Below are positions 50,487 through 64,000 of a stretch of 64,000 bases of DNA, piece after piece (position 1 is the first letter of the stretch; every line of letters starts with the position of its first letter). The DNA lies in contig CM120646.1 of NCBI GenBank assembly GCA_051362555.1, positions 15,500,001-15,564,000 of the forward strand, read 5' to 3'. The DNA comes from Lingula anatina (lineage: Eukaryota > Animalia > Brachiopoda). Made by a program: the position numbers and the translations under genes. The notes under the pieces were generated by a model. The model was not told the DNA's origin. It did no database searches and saw only the letters and a program-made list of their open reading frames with translations.

Positions 50487-52345
50487 AATATCTGAAAGGA
50501 GAAAAATATATTTAGATGTTTTCAATTTCATTGCTAAATCGTACAATTATTCGATAAAACCAAGAATTTTTCATCTTATTCCCGTTTCTCCGAAGGGCAC
50601 AGAAACTCGTCTGTTTGTCATCTATCAATAAAGCACCTTCGTTTTCGTTGTTTCCAGTGCAACCGTCTTCAAAGTGAGAATGCAAATGCCGAATGGCAAA
50701 GTTAATACTATAGCCTAGACTTATCAAGAAGCTTTTTCTCTAATCAGCTCGATTCCTTCCCCCGTACACTCGCTTTGACTTCAGGGTCAACACCTTTCTG
50801 GTTTTTCTACGAACAGCATACGTTTAGACATGCCACTTTGCATTAATGTACTGTTCCACCTGAAATCTCTGCCAGAAAACTTTCAAATGTTAGACAAGAC
50901 AATGTAGCATCATTTTCCCCGATTTCTAACGACCATTTCCCTTTACAAACCTGTTTGATAGTTCTATGGCGTTTGAAGCGGTTGCCAATATCTGAATCGC
51001 CGATTCGAACCAAGATGAGTCAAAAAGCCTCAAACGATCGCAGAATGTAGTTCTACTTTCAAAGCCAGGAGACTGTGGAGTTGACAATGTGTAGAGTTAA
51101 AGTAGCGATGATTACGATGCAAAGAATGTAGTTGTTTGTGCCAAGCCCGATTTAAAAGCAGAGGAAGAGATGAAGGTCCAACCATAGAATACTGCGGTAA
51201 AAGCGGCAGTTTAGCTGTATTATATCAACATACGTCACTCACGTCAGGTGTAGCGTTGCAGGGTGTGGAAAGTTACCAACTAATCGGTTACAATAGATAT
51301 TTGTTCCAGTACTTACCACATTCATTGTGCGATAACATTATAACCTCAGGTGTGGGTAGAAGCGTGGGATTCGCGTTTCACGTGTTGAGATCATTAAAAT
51401 TCTGAGAAACTAAAAATCAATTACTACTTTTTAAATATGAATGGCGCATTGTATAGGTGGGCATAGGTGAAACCCAGTCATACCGGTGACATACTACGAG
51501 AGTCCACTGTGAAGCAGGGCCCAGACTCCCTTGATTTGCACAGGTAAGCCCCATCCTACATTTCCAGCCACTTACGTTACACTTACCCTATCCTGTATGA
51601 ATACATTAGTGGTGGTGGTGGTGGGAGGGGGGGGGGGCTCAGTTACCTAGCACTGCCAACATATCACAACCTGGTGTGCTCAATTCTGACCCCAAATTAT
51701 TTTAGAGAAATGATGCTTTTGTCTAGACAACAAACTGTCATGTCAATAATCAGTGTTCACCATATGGCGAAAGAGAGATAATTTAAATTTTATATATTAT
51801 TTTCTCAAAAATCTTACACTTTTTAATATATTTCTAAGGACTATTCCGTCAACAACAAAATTTAATGCAATAAACAAATCAGAGTTGATGTTTTATGACC
51901 AACTACAATAGCTGACATCGCATTCAACACATTTGTATATGGCATATGAATGAACTATAACATCAAATGGTGTTCCTTTTAACTCCAACCCAGTGCCCCC
52001 TCTCCCCCTCCCCCTCCCCACCTACTAACCCCACCCACTGATTACCAACACCTATTCACTAAGTTGTTCTTTACTACAACACGCGAACAAATAAGGATGG
52101 AGCGAGCTATTGTAAGCATTTTGAACACTGCCTCATGGTAAAAATTATATGAGAACTGAAAGCAGAACGGAAACTCCGTTACCGTATAAACGGAATAGGT
52201 GTGCACGTCCGTCTGCACTTCCTTCCCCTAGTTTGCATTTCATCGCTTCATCTTTTACAACTAAATCTATTTTAAAAAGAAAGAAATATGAAAAAAACTG
52301 ATAATGAACAGGTCTGAGAGTCGTCAAACTCTCAAAACATTAAGA

Positions 52346-52558
52346 GGGCATTTCCAGAGATTTAGATCGATCTTACTAGATCGACCTAACTCCCTGGGAG
52401 TTCACGTTAAATTGCAGTCAGCCGACCGGGCACGGTAGTTAATTACCCCCTAACAGTTTGTAGTAGGCGGGACGGACATTTAAGCCGGATTATCTGACAG
52501 TAATCTAGTGAGACTCCCCACGGGGAAAGATCGATCTAAAATATATGGGAATGCGCCC
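52346..52558. mobile_element. MITE family B (TIR catt.cca...tttagatcgatct)
   Basis: TIR-bounded copy here; inverted copy at about 55908-56085; partial copies at about 11993-12122 and 1308-1450 share ag(t)aggcg.gccaga.at.taagcc. Confidence 0.75.
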
Positions 52559-55500
52559 TAAGTGTACTGTGAATGCAGAAATTGAAGCACCTCATGAGAA
52601 CGTGTAGGTAGCGTTTTGTTCGTGCTTTAACTCATTCAGATACCTTAATATTAAAGGAAAGCACGTATTTCCGAACAACTTACATTATCATAAATATGAA
52701 TATTTTCTTTCTTTTAAAAGCACTGTTAGAAGTATACTATCCACGATTGAAAATGACACGATGACCCATGGCCACTAATCCCTCCCAAATCAGGTGTTAG
52801 GTGAGATTTTTAAAAACTCAAACAAGGGTTCGTGATGTCGAAATATCCTTCCGAAATGTCAGGAAGATACCCCAGTGTAATTGACTATGCAGCCATTTGG
52901 AACTAACATGTTCATTTAAAAATGGGATGAAACATGAAATCCACGTGTTAAGACGGGTCAATCGAGGATTCATGAGTTGATGATTATTGTTTTTTTTTTT
53001 CGACACAAATTCGATTTGGCAGGATAATCCCGGATACCTTTAATGACACACTTAAATGTACAAATTGATATACAAATTGGTATACACGTGTGTTATAAGA
53101 TTAAGTATAACCTTAGTATTTTATATATCAGCGCAATTCTGTAATAACTTATAAGTGAAAATATTTGATAATTAATCAGTTCGCTTAGTGCACATAACAT
53201 TTATCTCCAATACCTACATGTATTAATAAACCTTTTAAAAACCTTATGCGGTCTTTCAGTTTTCTGTCTAGTACAAAACACGGCTCCTCTATCACTTAGT
53301 AATGTCAAAATGTTTCTGCAAGCCTGAACATTTTGTTAGTTTCTAAGAAGTTGGTGCGCTGTTATCAGGGATCAATGCTATACAATAAACGACAGGCTGA
53401 CTTGGTAAATACCAAGGTACATTTATGTTACTAGATACCTGGATGCTTTCCCGTGCCAAAATAGCTTATAAAACATCCACTGCTAGTGTCCAGGTATTCT
53501 GAGAACATGGCCGTTGTGGCCGGGGGCTGACCTGAATTTTTCACGTTGCATAAAGACATGTAAGATATAACAACACGTATCTGCATCGCGTCCTTTTGAA
53601 ATTGTTCGGCTAGCGAAAACTACGTTGGTGTGTGTCATCTTTAATATTCAAAGCATCAGTAAGTCTAAACGTGGTCCCAAAACTAAGCAGATACACCTAC
53701 GCGTCTTCTACGTATTTCCAAGATCTGTGCCTTTTGTATGTAGGTGTCATATAACATGACAGAAATTGTTACACGTGTTTGGTGAGTAACGATTACAATT
53801 TTGGGTTACGAGTAAAAGTCTCTACTTCCGTTGAATAAGAACAGTAACATTTACACATTTATCTCTGCTTCTTCTACTTAAATCGAACTGCAATACTGAA
53901 ACCAAGTGGCAGTATTTGGCCAGATTTTCTTTGCATCTTCAGTCTTAATCGAACAAAGGTTTTCTATTGCCAGTTATCATTGTATCACAATTAAACCCTT
54001 CCCAAAGAAGTAACATGTAGGTCTTGTTGCAATTTGATATACGACATTTTCCAGTACCCGAGTATAAGGAACTTGTGCACGCACTGAAAGTCAATGAAGA
54101 TGTGCTTAGCTTGCCTCTAAGGCGAAATGAACGGCACTAAACTGTTTAAGCATTAATTTACAGATATTTTGTTCTGGCAATTCCATCAATGCCTTATTCC
54201 TCACCATTGACACTAAGTGTAAGTCCTGAGTTTAGGTGTGTGTCCATGATAGGACCAGTCAGAGGGTGGCAATGTTTTGAAATGTTTTAAAATGACAATT
54301 ATTAAGTGTTTTAGAAGACGTTTTTTTTTCTTAAACATCATGGGGATGCTTTAAAATTTTAATATTTTATATGAACACCCATAAACTGGTTGTGCAGAAA
54401 TTATTAAAATTGTAAATATAATTGTTAACATAAAATATAATTGATATTAACTGAAGTATATCGTAGTAGTATCTTGACCATGTTTAGCCATAACGTTATG
54501 TAAATGTTTCGTTTAACCAGATCACTGTGTTGTTTGAAGTCTGTTTTCTTTGAACTTTTGTAGTATCCATGAATTTGTAGGGTTTGATGTTCTTTTGTTA
54601 ATTGAATTAAGTGATTGTGCCTTGTCTAAATGTCGGTGACAAATAACGTTTAATGAACCTTTTAGATATTTGCATAAGAAGTTTTGGAAACATAAATTTG
54701 TATATCTTTTTTTTTAACAGTTTCATAACGTTTTTCAAAAACATGTTGATAGCGTTTTTGGTTAATTTCTTGAAAACGATAAATATGTATACACATAACG
54801 TTTCCAAAACGTTTTCTTGAAATGTTTTAAAAACTTTTGCAAAACATTTGCATAACATAACATTTCTACTAGAAATCGGCTAATATCAAAACAAAGAATG
54901 TGATATATAAAAGAAAAATACAAATACATTCTTATCGTGAATCAGATAGCAATTTTTCTTGCTGTTGTAGTTCTTTTTAAAAAACCTGCCACGCACATAA
55001 TACAAATACCGAGGCGTTCTTAAGTATACTTACGTTTTTTTGGTCAGTACAGGTAAAAAAATAAAAGTCTTCCTTCGGAACAGGGAGTCGGAGCCCGCAA
55101 TGCGTTGTATGCCTCATGGCTCGCTTAATCAGGCAGCAGTGGCATTTATTACGAACTGAAGGAATTAACATATCTGGGGATTTACGTCAAATAAACTCTG
55201 ATTTAACCCACGCCTAAAATTACTCAGAGGTTATTGTAGATAATTATACAAAATATGTTGGAATGCAATTGCCGCGATGAGTAATGGCACCTTGGGTGTT
55301 ATTTTAATATTTCTTTTTTTCAATGTCTGTCATTTATGGAGCATTTACAGTGCACGTGCAATATTTATACATACAGTCCAAAAAAGCTTTCTATATAAAC
55401 GCCCACTCAAAGTGGAACAGCCATCATTTTTAACTTATTCCAAAAACAACTTCAGTGTATCTTCAAGATTCAAGCGGCAACCCCCCCCCCCCCTCTTCCC

Positions 55501-55649
55501 TCCTCTACATAATAAAAATTGAACTCTGGTTTACTGAATGGGAACATCTAAGGTACCTCTAAGTCACAAATTAGTTCGAAATTAAGCGAAATTTTGCGAG
55601 AGTGGGGTCAAAATTGTTGCGGACAGTCCAGATATGTGTATTTTACTCG

Positions 55650-55652
<3 letters not shown>

Positions 55653-55700
<48 letters not shown>
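55653..55700. repeat. (GA)n microsatellite (others at about 17534, 37338, 45134; (TTA)n at 2412; (TA)n at 2646)
   Basis: Directly visible simple repeats. Confidence 0.95.
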
Positions 55701-55703
<3 letters not shown>

Positions 55704-58700
55704 TGTCTTTGTGTGGAGTTGTCAACTCATAACTTTAATGTCTTATTAAGAAAATATCACGATTCCGATATGGATATAGTTCTGTCTTTTTATATTCTAT
55801 TTTTACAGAATATTGCAGAACAGGGCCAATTCAAATTAACCTTGTTCTGCGGATCACCCTAGTACTATTTTTTTCTTAGATGCAGTGCACAGCACATATT
55901 ATGAGACCATTCCCACAGATATTTAGATCGATCTATCCCCCTCGGGAGTCTCACTAGATTGCTGTCAGCTAAATCGGCTTAAATGTCTGTCCCGCCTACT
56001 AAAAGCTGTAAGGGGGTAATTAATTTTTGTGCGCGCTCGGCTCCCGGAAGCTGGCAGCAATTTAGCGTGAACCCCCAGATAGACCGAAAGGTCTTGACTG
56101 TTTGTAATAGTAGAGGGCCTGCAAGATTTTTGATAACACAGGTCCTCTGGAATAGTGAATATACAAGACATAATAAATCGCATGTAAACGTAGTATTAAA
56201 GAAATAAAAGAAGGGATTGCAATCAAGGTGAATGGTGAGTCTCCGTTCGTGATCACGAACTTACATGACTTTTAATGGCTATCAAACTCATTTTAAGGCA
56301 GGGAAACCTTCCTGTCCCCAATATTTGTGTTTTTTTTTTATTTAGCGTCTTGTGGAGTGGGCAGTATATGGGTGCTGCAGACCGTGCGAGGATAAAATAT
56401 GGATCAGCACGCGCGTTTCTTGCTTTTTAAAAATTAAAATACTGTATTAAAATACAGTGTTTTGTGTCAGATATATCTTTAACGAGATCTATGGAAAGTT
56501 GGTGAAATGCAATGCAAAATAAACAAAACGTATTTTAGGCGTCTCTCTTCTGTATATCGTGGGCGAAAACAACAGGCAATCTGAGAAATAGTGCTCGGCA
56601 TAAAGAGATGGTGTGACAGAAAAGAAACGAGAAATTCTCCCCCAATTTCGTGTGAATATTTACATGTATCCCCGCTAAGGAGGTTTTAATTACAAAATTG
56701 TTTGGTAATCGAAACTTTCACTTTAAAAGAGCAATGTCAGAGTAAGAAGTCATAAACTGATATGGTTTTTCAATAAATGTCCTAGAGAACTCATCATGCT
56801 TTGTACAAGGACCGTAAGAGACCTTTTCCAACGGATAAACAAAATGTCAACAATAACCTAAGAAATATCGTATCAAAATGTTTTAACAATGCGTGACCTT
56901 AAATTGTCTCCTGTATTTCCCGCGAAACAAAACCTCACCGATCTACCTATTGTGAAGGCATCCGCATAGAGTTTTGTTCACACCTCAAAGATACATGTAT
57001 GTCTCGGTTTTCGTGTGACTATTGTAATGTGTGTACTCCGAGTTAAGAATACTCTGGGTTTTTAACAAAAACATTTGCTACCCAAGTCACGATAGGCAGC
57101 TTTGGGATCTTTTGTTTAATTGTCCATTTTCTATAAGACTTTGCATGTCATTCTTAAATCAAGTTGCAGGTGCATTATTAGTCAAATTTGTTTGGCAAGT
57201 TTTTTGTATGATGTTGAGTCGAATAATACAAATAGCAATAGTAAAAAATAACTTATAGCGAGAGCAGGACAGAAAGGCAATGTCTGACAAAAAAAATCAA
57301 ACATTAATACGTAACCAGTGCTTTTTTAAGGACGTCATGCTTTATTACTTACATATGCATGTAAAACCCGAAAGGCGCGTCGTTAACTTAATTGTAATAG
57401 GCCATACTGCACCACAATTTTAGCTTTCACAAAATAAAATCGTCTATTTATCTAATATAATCGTGCTGAATAAATTCCAAAATCTTTCCTTCCTCTCATG
57501 CCCCATAGAATGTGAACTTTTATGGCAATCGATAACTAAAAAAATGAAAACCCTAACCGCTATGCCGGCATTACGCATTTTGTAAATGTTTCGATTATAG
57601 TCCTCTTCCAGAATGTAGCCACCTCTATCAAGGTGACTTATTTAGGGTCAAAGGCAATTTTTTATAACAAGCGATGTTTGAGTCTATTAGAAAGGATGAC
57701 CGATTCATAATCCATCGAATCATTTATTTTTTAGGCCCTACTTGGCCGAGAAAGTGTATTTAGTCTGGTGTCACCGAAGGTGAATGGTAGGACCCAATTT
57801 AAGGAAAATGGGAAGACACATGCCTAAAAAGATGCCAAGATATGTATTCAAATACTGTAGAACAAAGACCGAGAGCATAATGCAATTAATAATATTCTTC
57901 TAAGAAAGTATAACTGACACTCTTAGGCGACCTCTTCGGCTATTGTGTGTTTGAATTGTGGTTTTTAAAATTAACCACACCAGATACGTTACTATGGCAA
58001 TTGGGTAAAAATTTTCATGTACTTATAACGTGCAGAAGCTACAAGTGGGATGTCAATGAAGTATAGCGAACAATTTTGAAATATCACAATTAAAAGTTCC
58101 GTGCGTTTCACTTGGTCCGTGAGATAAGCACCAATTCAAAAGAACCGTTTTTTGTTGTTAAACGTCGAGTCCATTAGTAGGAAATTTATTCTCTGTGTAA
58201 TTCAGGGGCCGATCTTTGCTACACAGGAAACATTTTGATATTAAATTTTACCTTTGAAATTAGCGTGGACTGATGAAACGATTACTCTGACTCGATCTAA
58301 GTTGATCAGACGAATGGTGCCAAACAGTCTGTTTTAGGTGAACTGACAAGGCAAGTAATTGACATATCACAATACAAAGAAGCTACTGTTACATACACGT
58401 TAACACGATATTCCCACGCCAACCATAACACAAAGAAGCCCTCTTGTGGTTTCACCACTACTCATAAAGTTCATTTGGCCAGTTTTATTTTCAATAAAAA
58501 ACATGTTTTCACTTCTTTCCAGCAATTTGCACTTCTTTTCATTTTGTAAAGATAGCATATGCTAACACGATTTGTTCACAGTAAAAGTGCTTTTCGTGTA
58601 TGTATATATAGACATGGCATAAAAGGCCATCAAAGGTATATGTTCCCATTTTCAGGACAGGAACGGGCCCAGCTATTCGTCGGATATGGTACGGTGTCTT

Positions 58701-60402
58701 AGCTAATGTTAGATAGCAAAAAGCTATTCAAAAGTAAAGAAAAGAATGGGCAAACCAATTCGACACTTCTAAATTTCTAATTCTACTAAGCCTTTTTAAT
58801 TCAGCATTGCAGATTAGGTTATTACAAGTATCGTGAATTGGTCTTACGGCTGATTTGATGATAGTGGCACAATACATGTACAGACGCAAAGAAAACAGGG
58901 TTTAACCTTTTGTCTCCGGTACTATACATGTATTTTTTATTTTTATTTTTATGGGCATTTCATGGTTTGAATATGCCCTATTCATAGCATTTATTTACAT
59001 TGGGTTGAAACAAGTACACATGTACTTTTGAGATACCGGACAAAACTCGGTAAAAGGGTAAGCGACTGCAATGGCAATGAAAAAGCTATTGTTCATGATT
59101 TAAAAGTGACGTGAATCCAATTCGTCAGCTCTATCTTTTCTAACAGGACCAACGTAAGGTTTTATAAACAAACATTCCATATGTGATTTGGAGCCGCAGA
59201 TTTTGTTAGTGCAACGCCAAACTAACGCCTTAAGCCTGCGATTTCATGGTACGATCACAAAAATATCTATTGCGAGCATTACAATATGGATTGCGAACCG
59301 CAAGTACCCTCACCTACCCGTTCAGCAAGTTTAGAATTCCTAAATCAACAATGCCTCTTGCAGTTTGAATTGCTACCTTACACTGATACCTGAAGATTTT
59401 TTGCCTGGCAACTCTGTTTTCTCGCAATGAAGATGAAAATGTGCCTCATTGGTTTAGAAACACAGCTTCGCTTTAATTTAGCCCGTCAAAATATCGGTAT
59501 ACGAAACGTGCGTGCTTTCCTCTGTATTCTCGTGTTCTCAACAGTCGCTTGAATTGTTAAGGAAACCGCACGATGAGGTTTAACAATTGTTTCCAGCAAC
59601 ACTGGAGCTTGGAGTTACATCCGTCATGCGGTTTATGGTTTAGATATGTGAGCTGTATTAATCATGCTTGTCAGCTTTTAAATCGTTATGTATTATGAAT
59701 TCTTCGTCCAATTCAGCGTAAAATAGAATTCGTTAACTTCATGTCTTTGTAATTTAATTTCTTCCCAAAGAAGAAATAATAAAAAATCGTGAAATTGAAT
59801 TAATTAAAAAACTGACAAAGTGTGGAAGATGATGTTTTGGTTTGTAAAGCTTATAACAATTATTTATTTAGTAACATGTCTATACCAGTTTGTACGCTGT
59901 TAAGGCAGTGTACAGTGCATGTATATGTATTACGTGTCTCTATTCCTGATGCTTACGCTAATGAGTAGCGTCTAGTTTGATTGTTAACATTAAATAGTAA
60001 TTTCGGTTGATTAATGTGATGTTTAGTGTATTGTGCCGGGTTTATTTATATATATATATTAAAGGTTCAAGATGGAACACTTACTTGGCACAGCTCAATT
60101 GACTGCAAAGTGAAAGTTCTAGCGCATTCCACTTTATTGCAATACACATATTCAGATGCAAGGGCACTGTGTGTCTGTACGAGCAGGTATCGGTTTCACC
60201 AATCAACGAAATGGCAAGAGTTGGTCTCAAGCTTGATTTACGCTACATATGTTTATCTGCTCGAGCCAGTATTTGTCTATTTTGATTGATAGCATGAGAC
60301 TAATAGAATGTGAATGAATGTGAAATAATAGAATTAATTTGGGAGATAAATCATTCTTACATGTATAGACAAACTTGGAAGCTAGCGATTTAAAAGGACA
60401 TA

Positions 60403-62461
60403 CACTGTAAAAACAGTGCTTAGCATTTAAATACATACAACATACGTTAAGCACCTATACGCATTTAGAAATATGTGTAAAAGCTAAGCACGTATAGCTT
60501 TTCAAGCGTTTCACAGAAGAAAAAGCTAGACACGTTGGCAGTGTAACACGTTTAGCTATGTGCTTAGCTTCACCGGTTTATGGATCTATAATAAGTCTAT
60601 CACAAGCTAAGCACATTGGCTAAGCACTTCCCCTGCTAAGCGCGTGAGGCTGCTAAACGTATGGAGCTGCTATAGGTGTGGAATTCCTAAACGCGTGGAG
60701 CTGCTGAACAATACCCTCTATCAAGGCCGCAGTTCTTGGGGACATTTTTTGCTGAGGCGACATCAGACCAAATTGACTATCTATTTATCTAGAGACATAT
60801 CTGTGAAAAATCAATCTGTCGCCCTGGTAGAGGGTAGCTGAACAACAAGTTTAGCTTTTCAAGCTTCTTTCAGAAGAAATAAAAATGTTTAACATTCTTA
60901 GAAGTGTCGCACTTTTAGCTATGTGATTAGTTTCACCGGTCCCATAAGTTTATTACAAGGCTCAACAATTTGGCTTAACACTTCCCCTTGTAAACGTGTG
61001 GAGCTGTTGAAGGCGTGGAGCAGTCTGCTCGAACGCTTAGTGTCCTTCCTTGCAGTAACGCGTGCTTATTTAAAATAGGCCTATTAAAGATGCATATAAA
61101 GTCAATTTTTTACTCAAAAACTAACCAAATACCAGTATATAGTTTCAAAAAGTATAATTAAGGAAATTGCCATAAGGCATTGATTAATATTACCCGAAAA
61201 ATGATATTTGAATGGATTTTTCTGTTAGCTTACTATCCTGTATATACATGGGGCAGAAAAGTATGTCACATAAGTAGGTTAAATTTCTGACCAAAAATTT
61301 ATAGAGCAGTCTAAAGCTCTTTTATGGCTGATCGAGTGATTTATTCAGTTTGTCCCTTGGCATATCGACTTTATTTGAGTCGTATAAGAATCTAGTAGAG
61401 GTGGTTTATATGTGTTACTGGCAACCCACGCTCCACCGATGCTTGATTCATATGTACCTTTAAGTAATAATCCAAATAACAAATAACGTTTTCACGACGT
61501 TATCAGATGGTTACATGCTGGTAATGGTATAGAAGAACATTATGGTAACGCTATGGGTGTTTTAACTCCATGCAAAATGATGTACAGTAAAGTTATAATT
61601 TGTAAAAAGATTCGAAGACCGTTTCTACAAAATTTTATGATACATGTAACGTCATTTTGTGGAGTTTTATCAGCGTGTTTATAACATTCTGGAAAAACAT
61701 TATATAATGTTTTGAAAACATTTTTTTATATAAGTAACCAAAACACGTCTTATGCTGTTTGAACTACAGTTAGCGGTTAATTCCAAAATGGGCTTGGGGT
61801 TAGTCGGCGACTAGAGCGGTGCAAATATTTGGACTATCGGTACCGAAATAACCAGCATGTGATGAAAGCTTAAATAAAGTATTATAATGAATACCCCACC
61901 ATCATCCTGATGTTCATTACTTCCGGAAAAAAATAATAGATATCAATACCGTAACGCATTTTATCAAAATATGGAGAAAGGTGTTTGAAAGTAAAAATGA
62001 TAGTTGTTTCGTGCCTTTAGTGAACTAGTGAATTTTCCTAACCTGCTTTTCAGAAATACATCCCAATAAACTTCCTCGCAAGGTCAGCTAACACAAGGAT
62101 GAATAAGTACAACTGTAAAGATGATAGTGGAAAGTCAACGATGTTGACAGTTCACGGTACCCTGTTATAGAAAGAGATAACTATAGCAGTTAAAGGTGAC
62201 CGTGACTTCGTCTGTGTGTGTGTGTGTGTGTGTTTGCGTGCGCGCGCGTGTGTGTGCGACTAAAACAGTTGAAACCCTTAGCACCTAAAAGTTAAACAAA
62301 TACACCCTACATTTATAAGCCGTCAAACGCGTCATACTGCTAAACACAAGCGTGTAACATGTTAAGAAGCTAAGCATGTTAGGAGCTAAACGCGTGGAAA
62401 ACGTGAGACAAAAAAAGGCGCTTAGAAATGTGTTTAGGAGCTAAACACTGTTTTTACAGTG
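60403..62461. mobile_element. Non-autonomous CACTA/EnSpm-like element (CACTG ends) with nested MITE
   Basis: TIR cactgtaaaaacagtg / cactgtttttacagtg flanked by TA on both sides; many subterminal gctaagcac / taaacgcgtggagctg repeats; MITE A nested at 60712-60836. Confidence 0.8.
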
Positions 62462-62579
62462 TAGTGTTCATTTTTCAACATACGCATTGTATTTTTACTT
62501 TTCTTTACTTCGCCAAACTTTATACCTCTTAGAATTTCTTAAGTTCAAATTGGCATGAAAAGGACATTTATGCTGACGT

Positions 62580-62754
62580 CCCTTTGCAAAACTAAACGTT
62601 TGCAGCAACGAGAAAAAAAACGAAAATTAATGCTGCTGCTTTACAGCCATATTGCAGCAATTTGCTGCAAATTTGCAAGAATGAATTGCAATTTGCAGCA
62701 GTATTGCAGCATATTAGCCGCAAATTTACAGCAGGCATGCTATTTTGCTAAGGG
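62580..62754. mobile_element. Short MITE with CCCTT ends and internal ttgcagcaa repeats
   Basis: ccctttgcaaaa ... ttttgctaaggg with repeated ttgcagca/ttgctgca units. Confidence 0.55.
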
Positions 62755-64000
62755 GTTTGTACAGTGAAAGAACGGCCAGTATTTTGGAAAGATAGGTACA
62801 GTTACAATCTTACTTGGCTTGTATTGGCTAAGACCTCGATCTACCGACCACGCAGTGTACATGCAAAAGACAAAACAAAGAGATCATTATTGGTCAAATA
62901 AGGGACAAAATGACGCAGGCTAAGTCGGGAAGAGAGTTTATTTTCGCTCCACCAAGCATAAAATACAATTAATATCGGCAATAGGTTTATAAATACCAAA
63001 GTGCAAGCCCTATGGATCACGACATTTTTCTTTGGTCGTTCTCGTCAGCAAAATCTAATACTGTCTTTTCACACCTTAATGACCTCATTAGGCTCCTATC
63101 ACGCTTCATAACAGGAAACTGCAATGTGTGGCCTTGGCGCTTTTTGTTCCACTATACAGATTTGGAACACAAGAAAAAAGATATACCAGGTTACTAGAAC
63201 ATATTTTTATATTGGAAAGACAGTTTAATAAAAGTCACGCCAATCTCTAAACTTAATTTTTTTAATATTATTATCCGTAATTTAAAGATATTTTCACTAA
63301 ATTTTACTTCTAGCACACTAAAGTTTAGCTTTTGTATTATTTCACAGGCCCACGATACAAAGTTCTCATTTCAAAATCTAATTCTAATATATTGTTTTAC
63401 TTTATCATTATTTATTATTAAAAGTAACACGCATCTAGTTATCAAAAGTTGAGACTAAACCTCGTTAATTTGGTGTTTGCTCTTAGGGGCCATAGACATA
63501 ATGCGGACGAAGATTAAGAGTCGTGCATGTGCCATACAGGCCACTACAAAATATACTATGTAGGTATTAGACATCTATTTATTTTTCATTTATGACAAAT
63601 ATTACGAAGGAACCAATGAAAAATCAAGAAAAAATGGTGGCTGTTGATGTCATTTATTTGAAAAAAAAAAGCAGTTAAACATTTAAAACAATTTAAAAAT
63701 GAACATGATAAATAAAACCCCAATGCTCCAAACACTTACCGTAACATTTTTGGCCAATTTGAAACGGCTGTCAAAATTAGGACTGTGGAATATGATAAAC
63801 ATTTCGTCTATCCTTATAGATCAATATGCTCGTGTTGTCTGCAATAATGCTACTTGCATTCAGAGTATGATTGCTATAGGTTAGAATGTTTTGTTTCAAT
63901 TGAGAAGAAGAGGAGTTTACTAAGTTTGTACGACTGTTTATCTCCAGACAATTACTTCATTGCCACCTAGTAAATTGCTGCATGCAACTTCAGTGTTGAT

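Noticed and set aside
53380-53480. Candidate first exon and TATA box of precursor B
   Set aside because: TATA-like and donor-like strings exist, but their spacing gives an implausibly short exon; not supportable without transcripts.
58640-58700. Isolated small exon-like segment (tttcag...ATG|gtacgg)
   Set aside because: No partner exons or recognisable peptide; could be chance splice-like motifs.

Overview
AT-rich, intron-rich animal genomic DNA, probably from a marine invertebrate (a lophotrochozoan is suggested by the pleurin-like peptides, but this is inference). There are no operons, rRNA or CRISPR arrays. Three conventional multi-exon genes can be assembled by hand: a secreted CUB + trypsin-like serine protease (minus, 284-4698), a laccase-type multicopper oxidase (minus, about 7180-14785) carrying an internal frameshift near 9550, and the mitochondrial i-AAA protease YME1L (plus, 19712-31627). 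The most interesting signal is a convergent pair of small neuropeptide precursor genes, largely missed by the ORF track (plus 38505-42119; minus 48050-50486). Each encodes a signal peptide immediately followed by a single 14-residue peptide and a GRR amidation/cleavage site: FLYTHTKDNDYIRV-amide and FYFTDSKEHDYPRI-amide. They resemble pleurin/PRXamide peptides, and one has lost the canonical Pro. The rest of the window is a mosaic of non-autonomous DNA transposons (MITEs, hAT-, CACTA- and Helentron-like elements) and degenerate Tc1 and THAP remnants. It also holds a minisatellite built from splice-donor sequence and two elements in tandem sharing one 8-bp target site. All exon boundaries were read by eye and are unverified.
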